Assembly (NCBI GenBank): GCA_050018395.1
Contig: JBEKAC010000001.1
Coordinates: 6,192 to 70,191 of the forward strand
Source: Dehalococcoidales bacterium
Lineage (GTDB): Bacteria > Chloroflexota > Dehalococcoidia > Dehalococcoidales > RBG-16-60-22
DNA: 64,000 nucleotides
Direction of reading: 5' to 3'
The notes below the pieces were generated by a model that was given only the letters and a program-made list of their open reading frames with translations, did not search any database and was not told the DNA's origin. The position numbers and the translations under genes were made by a program. Shown piece by piece: positions 30,787-40,855 of the stretch (its first letter is position 1; every line of letters starts with the position of its first letter).

Positions 30787-31743
30787 ATGGTAGCATTCAT
30801 CATACGGAGACTGGTCCAGTCTTTAGTGGTGCTGGTCATAATTATGACGGTGGTTTTCATCGCCGTGCGCCTGTTACCCGGCGACCCTATTCGTATGTAT
30901 GTCACCGCCAATACCCAGGCGGGATATACGGAAGAAGAAATTGCGTTGGTGCGGCATGAGGTAGGTCTGGACAAGCCGCTGTATTTACAATACGTCGATT
31001 GGGTCAAGGGAATATTCCGGGGAGACCTGGGCAGGTCTATTTTACGTAAGGAGCCGGTTACCAAGGAAATTTTCCGGCGTTTACCGGTTACTGCATACGT
31101 CTGTGGCCTGGCATTTGTTTTCGGAATCATGGTAGGCGTTCCGCTGGGCATCATCACCGCCGTGAGAAGAGGCAAATGGGTTGATACTTTGCTGACCCTG
31201 TTTGCTTACATCGGCATCACGATACCCGTTTTCTGGCTTGGTTTGTTACTGATGTATTTGTTCGGGGTCTACCTGAAGTGGCTGCCGGTAATGGGGTTCA
31301 CCTCCCCGTTTACGAACTTCTGGCTGAGCACCCGCCAGCTCGTGATGCCGGTTATCTGCCTCGCCTTCTTTTCCATTGCGGCGACCGCCCGGCAAACGCG
31401 TTCCAGCCTGCTGGAGGTAATGCGCCAGGATTACATTCGTACCGCCTATTCCAAAGGCCTCCGGGAACGCGTCGTTATCTGGCGGCACGCTTTAAAGAAC
31501 AGCCTCATCCCCATCGTCACTCTGGTGGGTCTGGGCATCCCGATGATCATCGGGGGAAATGTACTGGTGGAGACGGTATTTAATCTACCGGGTATCGGGG
31601 TGCTGTTGTATAACGCCGTCCTCAATGAAGATTATCCCTATGTACAGGGCATCGTTTTAATTATCTCCGCGGTGATCCTGTTATCCAACTTCGCGGTGGA
31701 ACTGACCTACGGCTGGCTGGACCCGAGGATTCGCTATGACTAG
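30787..31743 (+). CDS. ABC permease (DppB-like)
   Basis: PGDP, QDYIRTA.SKG, DPRIRY. Confidence 0.93.
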   Translation: MVAFIIRRLVQSLVVLVIIMTVVFIAVRLLPGDPIRMYVTANTQAGYTEEEIALVRHEVGLDKPLYLQYVDWVKGIFRGDLGRSILRKEPVTKEIFRRLPVTAYVCGLAFVFGIMVGVPLGIITAVRRGKWVDTLLTLFAYIGITIPVFWLGLLLMYLFGVYLKWLPVMGFTSPFTNFWLSTRQLVMPVICLAFFSIAATARQTRSSLLEVMRQDYIRTAYSKGLRERVVIWRHALKNSLIPIVTLVGLGIPMIIGGNVLVETVFNLPGIGVLLYNAVLNEDYPYVQGIVLIISAVILLSNFAVELTYGWLDPRIRYD

Positions 31744-31757
31744 GAGAAAAACGGAAA

Positions 31758-32654
31758 ATGGCTGTTGATGCTTCATTCCGTAACGAAATGACGGAGATAG
31801 CCCCGCGCGTCAGCGAGTGGAAACGTTTTTATAAAGTGTTTTTCAGTCGCGGCATCGTCATGTTCGGCCTGGTGATTATCGTTCTGTTTATTTTCGTCGC
31901 CATTTTTGCCAGGCAGCTGGCGCCTTACGGCCCCAATGACATAGATATGAACGCCACCCTGCAAAACCCGACTGCAGCTCACTGGCTGGGAACCGATGCT
32001 CTAGGCAGGGATACACTTAGCCGTATCATCTACGGGACCCGCGTTTCCCTGGAAATAGGCCTGATCGTGGTCGGTATCGGCACGGTGATAGGGATGGCCC
32101 TGGGGACCATCGCCGGCTATTTCGGCGGCTGGGTTTATACCATCATTATGAGGTCCATCGATGCTCTGATGTGTTTCCCGATGATAATCCTGGTCTTACT
32201 CATTGCCTCCATGTTGGGCCCAGGTATGAGAAACTTAATAATAGCGCTCACGGTGGGCTTAATGCCCGGCTATGCCCGCTTGATGTGCGGCCAGGTTTTA
32301 ACGGTCAAACAGGAAGACTATATCTTAGCTGCCCGGTCACTCGGCTCCAGTAACACGCGCATCATCATGCGACACATCGTTATGAACTGCCTGCCGCCTT
32401 TGATTGTTCAAATAACGATGATGCTGGGTGCGACCATATTAGCGGAAGCCGGCATGAGTTTCCTGGGTATAGGGATCCAGCAGCCCACGGCAACCTGGGG
32501 CGGTATGATTACCAACGGCCGCCAGTATCTGACCAACCACCCGGTCCTCTCTTTAGCTCCCGGCCTGGCGCTGATGCTGGTGGTTTTTGCCTCTAACATC
32601 GTCGGTGACGGCTTGAGAGATGCGCTGGACCCACGGCTCCGGGGACAAATATAG
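31758..32654 (+). CDS. ABC permease (DppC-like)
   Basis: HWLGTDALGRD, GDGLRDALDP. Confidence 0.93.
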   Translation: MAVDASFRNEMTEIAPRVSEWKRFYKVFFSRGIVMFGLVIIVLFIFVAIFARQLAPYGPNDIDMNATLQNPTAAHWLGTDALGRDTLSRIIYGTRVSLEIGLIVVGIGTVIGMALGTIAGYFGGWVYTIIMRSIDALMCFPMIILVLLIASMLGPGMRNLIIALTVGLMPGYARLMCGQVLTVKQEDYILAARSLGSSNTRIIMRHIVMNCLPPLIVQITMMLGATILAEAGMSFLGIGIQQPTATWGGMITNGRQYLTNHPVLSLAPGLALMLVVFASNIVGDGLRDALDPRLRGQI

Positions 32655-32780
32655 CTTAATGAGGAAGCTTTAAACGGTTTTATCAGGACATCGGGAACAA
32701 AGTTGACGGTTGTATTTCGTTATCACTTAAAGATGAAGATTCCATGCAATTCGAATTGAAAAAATTTTAGGAGGAATAAT

Positions 32781-33536
32781 ATGGACTTAGGATTCAAAGG
32801 AAAAGTAGCCATCGTAACCGGGGCCGGGAGCCAGATTGGATTTGGTAAGGCCATCGTCATGACCCTGGCCAAAGAAGGGTGTGACATCGTCGCCTGCGAT
32901 ATCGACCTGGAAGGGGCCAAGAAGACAGCTGCGGACGTGGAAGCCATCGGTCAAAAAGCAATTGCTTTAAAAACCGATGTCACCAAATATCAGGATGCGC
33001 TTGATATGGCCGAGGCGACCATGAAGAAATTCAAGAAAATCGATATCCTGATCAATAATGCAGGCTCCTGCACGCCGCCCAAACCGTTCATGAAGATGGT
33101 CGAGGCGGAATGGAACCGCGATATCGCGACCAATTTGAATGGCACGATGAATTGCACCCAGGCGGTGCTGCCCCACATGATCGCTCAAAAGAGCGGGAAA
33201 ATCGTCAGTATTACTTCGGGGGCGGGCATTCAGGGTGGTATGTTCACGGCCGGCTATTCCGCGGCTAAAGCCGGCATCATCGCCTTCAGCAAGGGGCTCT
33301 CCAGGGAAATGGGACCGAATAAAATCAATATCAACCTGGTCTCCCCGGGCATCGCCAATACCGGCTTTGCCAAACAGGCTCCGCCCGGCCTTCTGGAGAA
33401 CGCCGTCAAATCGATTCCTCTCGGCAGGCTGACCACGGCCCAGGATATTGCCAACGCCGTGGTTTTCCTGGCTTCGGAAGCCGCCAGCGATATTACCGGT
33501 CAGGTTCTCATCGTCACCGGAGGCCCGGATTCTTAG
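32781..33536 (+). CDS. SDR oxidoreductase
   Basis: TGAGSQIGFG, NNAG, YSAAK. Confidence 0.9.
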   Translation: MDLGFKGKVAIVTGAGSQIGFGKAIVMTLAKEGCDIVACDIDLEGAKKTAADVEAIGQKAIALKTDVTKYQDALDMAEATMKKFKKIDILINNAGSCTPPKPFMKMVEAEWNRDIATNLNGTMNCTQAVLPHMIAQKSGKIVSITSGAGIQGGMFTAGYSAAKAGIIAFSKGLSREMGPNKININLVSPGIANTGFAKQAPPGLLENAVKSIPLGRLTTAQDIANAVVFLASEAASDITGQVLIVTGGPDS

Positions 33537-33590
33537 TTAACTACCTTAAGAGTTTACCAGAGTGCGGTGTTCGCGAATCGGGAGGTCAGG

Positions 33591-35057
33591 ATGATTGAAA
33601 AAGCCAAACTGGCCGAAATAGTTGGCACAGATAACGTTATCCTGGAAAATGCGGTACTCAAAGCATATGCCAAAGACATGAGTTTTACGCAATCTATCAA
33701 GCCGGCTTGCGTGTTGAAACCTAAAAATGCGGAGGAGATTGCCCGTATTGTCAACCTGGCCAGAGAGACGTTGACACCTCTCGTCCCGGTGAGCTCCGGC
33801 CCTCCGCATTTCCAGGGGGACACTATCCCCGGCACCGGCGGAGCGATAGTCGTGGACTTGAGCGAGATGAAAAAAATCATCCACGTCGACCGTAAAAACC
33901 GGGTGGTCATGTTTGAGCCGGGTGTCAATTTCGGTGAGCTGTCTGCGGCCGTCGCCGAACAAGGCTTAAGGCTGAATATGCCGCTTCTGCCCCGCCCTTC
34001 CAAGTCCGTCGCCGGCAGTTTACTGGAGAGAGAGCCAGTCCTGATGCCCAAATATCACTGGGACATCGCCGACCCCCTGGCCTGTACCGAGGTGATATTC
34101 GGCACCGGGGAAACTTTTCGCACCGGGGCCGCCGCCGGTTCCGGTACGTTGGAGGAACAATGGGCCGCCGGCGGCGTGCAAAAAGAAGCGGCCGGACCGT
34201 CCGCAGCTTCCTGGTACCGGTTGATCCAGGGCTCCCAGGGCACGATGGGCATCGTTACCTGGGCTTCGGCCCGCTGCGAGCTTATGCCGACTCTGGAAGA
34301 GCCTTTTTTCGTCGGCGCGGCAAACCTGGAAAAAATTCTGGAAGCGCTGCACTGGCTGCTCCGGCTGCGTCTGGTTAACGAGTGCCTGGTCTTGAACAAC
34401 ACCAACGTGGCGCAAATCTTGGCCGCTCACGGAAAACAAGAATATGCCCGGGTAAAAGAAGACCTGCCTCCGTGGGTCCTTTTCTTCAATATCGCCGCTT
34501 ATGATTTCCTGCCCGAGGAGAGGCTCAAAGGCCAAACGGAAGATATGCAGGAACTAGCACAACGCCTCGGGATAAACCCGGTTAAAGCTTTAGGCAATAT
34601 CACCGCGGAAACGTTTTTAAAACTGATACAACGCCCTTCAACAGAACCGTACTGGAAGCTAAACTACAAAGGCGGCTGCCAGGATATTTTCTTCCTGACC
34701 ATCTTTGATAAACTGCCGAATCTTATTCAGGAGATGTATACCGCGGCGGAGGCGGCTGGTTACCCCGGTTCGGACCTGGGGATATACCTTCAACCAATCG
34801 TCCAGGGAGTTAACTGCCATTGTGAATTCAATTTATTCTTTGACCGCCGGGACCCCGCTAAAGCAAAAAGCATCAAGGATTTGTCCATCTCGGCGACTAA
34901 AAAATTGCTGTCTCAAGGCGCTTTCTTTTCCCGTCCTTACAGCGAATTCACCGGCCTCATCATGAACCAGGACGCGGCCACGGTTAGCGCGTTGAAAAAA
35001 GTTAAGGCGATAGCGGACCCGCTGGGTATTATGAACCCCGGGAAACTGTGTTTTTAG
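33591..35057 (+). CDS. FAD-binding oxidoreductase, VAO/PCMH/GlcD family (type A, paralog of 22518)
   Basis: VPVSSGPPHF.GDT, GSQGTMGIVTW, MNPGKLCF; GGAGG RBS before ATG 33591. Confidence 0.88.
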   Translation: MIEKAKLAEIVGTDNVILENAVLKAYAKDMSFTQSIKPACVLKPKNAEEIARIVNLARETLTPLVPVSSGPPHFQGDTIPGTGGAIVVDLSEMKKIIHVDRKNRVVMFEPGVNFGELSAAVAEQGLRLNMPLLPRPSKSVAGSLLEREPVLMPKYHWDIADPLACTEVIFGTGETFRTGAAAGSGTLEEQWAAGGVQKEAAGPSAASWYRLIQGSQGTMGIVTWASARCELMPTLEEPFFVGAANLEKILEALHWLLRLRLVNECLVLNNTNVAQILAAHGKQEYARVKEDLPPWVLFFNIAAYDFLPEERLKGQTEDMQELAQRLGINPVKALGNITAETFLKLIQRPSTEPYWKLNYKGGCQDIFFLTIFDKLPNLIQEMYTAAEAAGYPGSDLGIYLQPIVQGVNCHCEFNLFFDRRDPAKAKSIKDLSISATKKLLSQGAFFSRPYSEFTGLIMNQDAATVSALKKVKAIADPLGIMNPGKLCF

Positions 35058-35061
35058 GAAG

Positions 35062-35134
35062 AGTTAAAAGTGAACAGTCAACAGTCAACGGCTCCTTGCC
35101 CTTCTCCCCCACTGTAAACTGTTAACTGTAAACT
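35062..35134. repeat. Inverted heptanucleotide tandem repeats
   Basis: (AGTNAAM)x4, a spacer, then (ACTGTWA)x3 as the imperfect inverted arm. Confidence 0.6.
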
Positions 35135-35152
35135 ACCCCAGGAGGTACCATC

Positions 35153-36424
35153 ATGGCTCTGGCAGATTATCAACAGGATATGGAAACCTGCTGCCGTTGT
35201 TCGGCCTGTAAATTCATCACCCTGGAGAACGTCAAAGGGGTAGAAAACGCTTATATTTGCCCCAGTATCGCCCGGTACAACTTCCACGGCTACTCCGGGG
35301 GAGGCAGAGTCGCTACCGGCATCGCGCTGCTGGAAAAAGAGCTGGACTATTCCGCTAAACTGCTGGAGGTGGTCTACAACTGCCAGATGTGCGGCGGCTG
35401 CGATGTGGCCTGTAAATACGCGATGGACATGGAAGTGTTCGAGCCGCTCAGTGAAATCCGCATCGCCTGTGTGGAAAAAGGCAAGACCCTGCCGGTATTC
35501 GATAAAATGATAGAAAGTTTGCGACACACCGGACGCCTTGTCCCAACCGCCAGGCCCCAGCGTAAAAACTGGTTCGACGGAATGAAAATAAAGGATTACA
35601 AGAAGCAAAAGGTGGATATCATCTTTCACGCCGGCTGCCGTACTGCCGCCGACCAGTCGTTATGGAAAGTAGCCCAAGCCAGCCTGGCCCTGATGCAAAA
35701 GGCCGGCATTAACGTGGGCATCGCCGGAGCTGAAGAACAATGCTGCGGCGGCCGGGCTTATTACCTGGGTTATAAAGCGGACTTTCTTAAACAAGCCGAG
35801 CACAACATGAAGCAATTCTTACAATCCGGCGCCAAGACACTGGTTACCGGCTGTGCCGAGTGTTATCAGGCCTTCAAGGTGCTTTACGACAGGTTCGGTT
35901 TTAAGAGTAACCTGGAAGTCCTGCATACCTCGGAGTATTTTTTGCGCCTGATGCGCGAGGGAAAACTCGTCCCGTCAAAAAAAGTTGACCTGAAGGTAAC
36001 CTATCACGACCCCTGCTACCTGGGCAGGCTCGGTGAGCCGTGGATCCACTGGCACGGCAAGCAAATTCCCGGCCAGATACGCCTGTTCGACCCGCCACGG
36101 GAATTCCGCCGCGGCAGCTACGGGGTTTACGCTCCGCCACGCGAACTGTTGAAGAGCCTGCCGGGTCTGACGCTGACGGAAATGGACAGGACCCGCGAAA
36201 ACGCCTGGTGCTGCGGCGCCGGCGGCGGGGTCGAAGAAAGCAACCCGGATTTTGCCGCCTGGACGGCCGATATCCGGCTCAAGGAGGCCCATGCTACGGG
36301 AGCGGAGGCCCTGGTAACTGCCTGTCCTGGCTGTGAAAAGGGCTTTACCTGTGCGCTTAAGGGCACCGAAAATTCGTTCCAGGTATATGACATCGTCGAA
36401 TTGCTGGCCAGGGCTACCCTGTAA
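35153..36424 (+). CDS. Fe-S/CCG-domain protein (paralog of 24025)
   Basis: CCRCSAC, CQMCGGCDVAC, CCGG, YHDPC, WCCGAGGG. Confidence 0.9.
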   Translation: MALADYQQDMETCCRCSACKFITLENVKGVENAYICPSIARYNFHGYSGGGRVATGIALLEKELDYSAKLLEVVYNCQMCGGCDVACKYAMDMEVFEPLSEIRIACVEKGKTLPVFDKMIESLRHTGRLVPTARPQRKNWFDGMKIKDYKKQKVDIIFHAGCRTAADQSLWKVAQASLALMQKAGINVGIAGAEEQCCGGRAYYLGYKADFLKQAEHNMKQFLQSGAKTLVTGCAECYQAFKVLYDRFGFKSNLEVLHTSEYFLRLMREGKLVPSKKVDLKVTYHDPCYLGRLGEPWIHWHGKQIPGQIRLFDPPREFRRGSYGVYAPPRELLKSLPGLTLTEMDRTRENAWCCGAGGGVEESNPDFAAWTADIRLKEAHATGAEALVTACPGCEKGFTCALKGTENSFQVYDIVELLARATL

Positions 36425-36438
36425 GGGAGGTTTCCGCA

Positions 36439-37992
36439 ATGGCATTGAATAAAAACCAGTATACCGCCTTTGAAGACATCGTCGGGCCGGAAAATATCTC
36501 GTCGGACCCGGTTATTCTCTACTCCTATGCCTGGCGGTCGGGGCTGATGGCCGGCGCGGCTAAGTTCACCCCCAGGTTCGAAGCCGTTATCCTGCCCGCC
36601 AGCACCGGGGAAGTGCAGGCCGTCGTCCGCCTGTGCAATAAACTAAAGTTGCAATTTAAGGCTTCCAGCACTGGATGGGGGTCCTACAACGATGTTTCCG
36701 GCCCCGGCGCGGTGCGCCTCGACCTGCGCCGGATGAACAAAATCATCGAAATCAATGAGAAAAACATGTACGCCGTCGTCCAGCCTTACGTCATCGGCGC
36801 GCAATTACAGGCGGAATTGATGAAAAGAGGGCTGAACTGCAACATGTGCGGCGCCGGTTCCAACTGCTCGGCGCTGCCGATAGCCGCCCACCAGGGCATC
36901 GGCCACATGAGCCAGAGCGCCAGCTACGGCGAGAGAAATTTGCTGGCCGTCGAATGGGTCACTCCGGAAGGCGAAATTGTCCGCCTGGGTTCGCTGGGTT
37001 CGTCCAACGAGTGGTTCTGCGGCGACGGTCCAGGGCCGTCCCTGCGCGGGATAATCAGGGGCAACGTCGTGCCCCTCGGCGGGCTGGGGGTCTTTACCGC
37101 CGCCGCCGCCAAGGCATACCACTGGCCGGGGCCCGCCAGCCTCCCCCTTGAAGGCGTGTCCCCCCGGTATGCGCCGTCCTATTATCCCGGGAATTTCCAC
37201 ATCGGTTTCTATTCCTTCCCTTCCCTGGACGCCCTGGATGAGGCGCAGCGCCTGGTGGGAGAGAGCGAAATCGGTTTCCAGCTGATGGGTTTCAATGCCG
37301 CCATGGCGGCTTCTAATATCGCCACCAGCAACGAAGAAGACGTGAAGCTGTTCACGGAATTCAGTAAATATGCCAAAGGCCCCTGCTTCATGATCGTCCT
37401 GGCCGGCAATTCCGCCAGGGACTTCGATTACAAGATGAAGGTGCTGGCGCAGGTCATCGAAAAAACGGGCGGCCAGCTAATCCCTAAAATCCTCGACGAC
37501 CCCAAGATAGCAGCGGGCTGCCTGTGGCGCTATTTACGGAGCACCGGCTCGATCCGCGAGGTGTTTAGAGCGACGGGGTGTTTCGGCGGCGAAGTGGGAC
37601 AGACCGACGTCTTTCGATTGATGGCCGATTACATTTCCGTGAGCGGCAAAAACAAGCTCGACTTGATCCAGCGCGGCATCGTCTATGACGATGGCTTCTC
37701 CCCGTTCACCCAGTCCTTCGAACACGGTCATTTCGGCCATGGTGAACTGTTGATACGTTACATGCCCACGCCGAGCACGTTTAAAGCGCTGACCCAGGAG
37801 TTCGGGAGTCAGGCCAACGAGATTGCCATTCGCGACCACTTTGGCGTTCCCGGGCATGTCTTCGGCGATGCTCCCCATGATTTGTACGGGCCACACGTCT
37901 CTAATTATCACCTCTGGTTAAGAAGGATTAAGCAGGCCTTCGACCCCAATGGCGCGTCGGAAGCTTCCCACTATATCACCAACCGGGAATAA
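36439..37992 (+). CDS. FAD-binding oxidoreductase, VAO/PCMH family (type B, paralog of 25307)
   Basis: LDLRRMNKIIEINEKNMYAVV, WFCGDGPGPSLRG, FDPNGASEAS. Confidence 0.85.
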   Translation: MALNKNQYTAFEDIVGPENISSDPVILYSYAWRSGLMAGAAKFTPRFEAVILPASTGEVQAVVRLCNKLKLQFKASSTGWGSYNDVSGPGAVRLDLRRMNKIIEINEKNMYAVVQPYVIGAQLQAELMKRGLNCNMCGAGSNCSALPIAAHQGIGHMSQSASYGERNLLAVEWVTPEGEIVRLGSLGSSNEWFCGDGPGPSLRGIIRGNVVPLGGLGVFTAAAAKAYHWPGPASLPLEGVSPRYAPSYYPGNFHIGFYSFPSLDALDEAQRLVGESEIGFQLMGFNAAMAASNIATSNEEDVKLFTEFSKYAKGPCFMIVLAGNSARDFDYKMKVLAQVIEKTGGQLIPKILDDPKIAAGCLWRYLRSTGSIREVFRATGCFGGEVGQTDVFRLMADYISVSGKNKLDLIQRGIVYDDGFSPFTQSFEHGHFGHGELLIRYMPTPSTFKALTQEFGSQANEIAIRDHFGVPGHVFGDAPHDLYGPHVSNYHLWLRRIKQAFDPNGASEASHYITNRE

Positions 37993-38004
37993 AGGAGGCA
38001 ACTA

Positions 38005-38514
38005 ATGCCAGCATCAAAATACGAGAAATACGTCACCCGGAAAGCGGAGACCGTGCTCGGGCCCGGGCCTGACGGGGTGGTGAGATTCGGGTTTCCCAAG
38101 ACCTATAAGATCACCGATAAAAATATCACGACCACCGGGCCGAGGATGATCTTTTCCAACGATCACGTCCAGGAAGCCACATCTAAAATTGAATACGGAT
38201 GGATACTGGCCGATATGACGCTGCTTACCAGCGGCAAGAACTATGGAGCGCATAAGCATGACTACCCGGAGATTTTCATCTTCTTCGGTAATGACCCGTA
38301 CGATACCAGCTATTTAGGCGGTGAAGGCGAGTTCTGGCTGGGCGAAGGCGATGGCACGGAAAAGATCAAGTTCGATACGTCCGCCAGCATTTATGTACCG
38401 GCGGGTGTCGGTCATTTCCCGCTGTTTTTCAAGAATGTCAGGTCTCCCATTGCGATGAATGTGATAGTTCCTAAAGTTGGAGATTTAAGATTGACTCCTG
38501 TAACCCGTTCTTAA
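38005..38514 (+). CDS. Cupin-like protein (paralog 4)
   Basis: HKHDYPEIF.FFG.DP, GEGEFWLG, VPAGVGHFP. Confidence 0.8.
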   Translation: MPASKYEKYVTRKAETVLGPGPDGVVRFGFPKTYKITDKNITTTGPRMIFSNDHVQEATSKIEYGWILADMTLLTSGKNYGAHKHDYPEIFIFFGNDPYDTSYLGGEGEFWLGEGDGTEKIKFDTSASIYVPAGVGHFPLFFKNVRSPIAMNVIVPKVGDLRLTPVTRS

Positions 38515-38541
38515 TAAGTCTAAAAACCAGGGAGGCCGAAG

Positions 38542-39681
38542 ATGGCGCCGGACAAGATGACCATAAGAGAAAGACTGGAAGCCGCCGTCACTCTAAAGAA
38601 ATGCGACCGGGTGCCCGTTGGTTTCCCCATATCCTGGTTCGCTGCCAGACATGCCGGCATAACCATGGCCGAATTCGCCAACAATCCTGAAGTTAATGCC
38701 GCCGCGGTATACAAAACCTATCAAGACCTGGGCGGCATCGATTTGCTTTCATTCAACATCTCCCCGCTGGGATTGAGCACCGCGTTGCCGATAAAACAAA
38801 AAGTCCCCGGCAAAGACCTGCCGCCCGATTCCATTATTCAGTACAACGAGCAGGAAATAATGACTCCCGACGAGTACGATATCGTTATCAGTAAAGGCTG
38901 GCGTTACTTTAACAAAGAATATATCCTGCCGCGTACGCACCCGGAATTCAGCGGCCCTGCCGGAGAAATCGAGCTGCAAAAAATACAGAAGGAAGTTAAC
39001 CGGGTCGTTGAGAAAACAAAACCTTTATTTGGCAATAGCATATTTTTTACCGATAGTTTCATGATCATGCCGCCTTTTGAGACGCTCTCCATGGCGCGCT
39101 CTTTCGGCCCGTTTTTGCTGGATTTATACCGGCGCCCGGACAAGGTAATCGCCGCCATGAATGTCATGCAGGCGGAGGCGATCGAATCGATAGCGCCCCA
39201 GTTGAAAACGACGACGAAGATATTCGGGAACACGGCCATTTCCCGCAGCGCCGGCTCTTTTATTTCCGCCGAACATTTTAAGAAATTTGTCTTTCCTTAC
39301 GTTCAAGAGTTGGCCGATTTATATATATCAGCGAATCTTATCATGATATTCCACCTCGACCAGAACTGGATAAAATTCCTGCCTTATTTCAGGCATTTGC
39401 CCGAGGGAAGGTATATTTTGCAGCTGGACGGCCTTACCGATATGTTCGAGGCAAAAAAAATCGTGGGCGACCGCATGTGTCTCATGGGCGATGTGCCGGC
39501 GCGTCTGTTCAAGTTGGGGACCGCTTATCAGGTAGAGCAATACTGTAGGAAACTGATCGACTTCGTGGGCAAAGGCAGCGGCTTTATTTTGAGCTGTGGC
39601 TGCGACGTGCCGGTTGATGCCAGATTCGAAAACGTAAAAATTATGGTTGATACCGCCAAGAATTACCTGTCTCCCAGATAG
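38542..39681 (+). CDS. URO-D family protein
   Basis: DRVP, PFE.LS.ARS, F.KFVFP, CLMGDVP, GFILSCGC.VP. Confidence 0.85.
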   Translation: MAPDKMTIRERLEAAVTLKKCDRVPVGFPISWFAARHAGITMAEFANNPEVNAAAVYKTYQDLGGIDLLSFNISPLGLSTALPIKQKVPGKDLPPDSIIQYNEQEIMTPDEYDIVISKGWRYFNKEYILPRTHPEFSGPAGEIELQKIQKEVNRVVEKTKPLFGNSIFFTDSFMIMPPFETLSMARSFGPFLLDLYRRPDKVIAAMNVMQAEAIESIAPQLKTTTKIFGNTAISRSAGSFISAEHFKKFVFPYVQELADLYISANLIMIFHLDQNWIKFLPYFRHLPEGRYILQLDGLTDMFEAKKIVGDRMCLMGDVPARLFKLGTAYQVEQYCRKLIDFVGKGSGFILSCGCDVPVDARFENVKIMVDTAKNYLSPR

Positions 39682-39878
39682 AAAAAATCTAAAGGCTTTT
39701 GTTTCTCCTGCGGAAAGATTTGATGGTAAAATCTTTCCCGATATTCACCATCCAATGGCTATATAAGCGCTGGTACTTTTTCCAATATGGCGTCTAAGTT
39801 GGCTTGTTCACACATAAGATTTAACATTTCTTCAAATATTGGCGTATCAATAATTTTGGCTGACTTAAGGAGAAATAA

Positions 39879-40343
39879 ATGGAAAAGAATTTACAGGCAA
39901 AACAAAATTTACCCAGAATCTGGGATGCGGCGGTAGTCGTCAAAGACCTGGAAAAAGCCAGACAACGTGTCCAGGAGCTGGGCATCGGCCAATTCGTTCA
40001 GGGCCACCCGCCTGCCGGCGCTGAAGGCCTGTTTTACCATGGTAAACCCTCAGTATCGAACTTCAAGGCGTTTATCGTGCAGATAGGAAATATGCAGCTG
40101 GAATTCATCCAGCCGGGCGATGAACCCAACCCCTGGACAGAATTCCTGAACACCAGGGGCGAAGGGATCCACCACATCGGGTTCCAGGTTAAGGACGTCG
40201 AAAAAGAAGCAAACCGCCTTATCAGTCTGGGCGCGGAAGTGCCGTTCTACGGGAAAATAAAAGGTAAAATGGGAGCGGCCTACGTCGACCTGAAAGTCGC
40301 CAACCTGGTCCTTGAGCTGACCAGCTTCTGCGACATAACCTAA
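39879..40343 (+). CDS. VOC/glyoxalase-family protein (methylmalonyl-CoA epimerase-like)
   Basis: VVVKDLE, LEFIQP, GEGIHHIGFQV. Confidence 0.85.
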   Translation: MEKNLQAKQNLPRIWDAAVVVKDLEKARQRVQELGIGQFVQGHPPAGAEGLFYHGKPSVSNFKAFIVQIGNMQLEFIQPGDEPNPWTEFLNTRGEGIHHIGFQVKDVEKEANRLISLGAEVPFYGKIKGKMGAAYVDLKVANLVLELTSFCDIT

Positions 40344-40380
40344 CGGCTAGAACTAATGCATCTGTCAGGAGGAAATGAAA

Positions 40381-40818
40381 ATGGCTAAAACAAAGTATGG
40401 GAAATACATTATCGAGGATTTCAACGGCCGACCGATGGATGACGTCCGGGCTGAAGACGCATTCCAGAAGATACTTTTTGATATCGCCAAGCCGATTCTC
40501 TATCTCGACGATAATATGATCAAGGGCAGCTTTTGCGCGGAGTTCATGTGGTATCACACCGCGTCCGATGTTAAAGTGGAAGCCCATACGCACGATGTTG
40601 ATGAAATCCTGGGTTTTATCGGGTCCGACCCGAGAGATTATCATGATTTATGCGGAGAAATCGAGTTCTGGCTGGGTGATGAAAAACATCTGCTGACTAA
40701 AACATGCCTGCTGTTCGTTCCCAGAGGGCTAAAACATTCGCCGATGGTCTTGAGAAGAATCGACAGGCCTGTTTTCCATTTTTCAATCCTGCGCGGCGAG
40801 GTATATAATAAACACTAA
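40381..40818 (+). CDS. Cupin-like protein (paralog 5)
   Basis: HTHDVDEILGFIGSDP, LCGEIEFWLG, VPRGLKHSP. Confidence 0.8.
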   Translation: MAKTKYGKYIIEDFNGRPMDDVRAEDAFQKILFDIAKPILYLDDNMIKGSFCAEFMWYHTASDVKVEAHTHDVDEILGFIGSDPRDYHDLCGEIEFWLGDEKHLLTKTCLLFVPRGLKHSPMVLRRIDRPVFHFSILRGEVYNKH

Positions 40819-40855
40819 AGAGTATATACATTAATGGGAAAAGGAGAATTGAATC

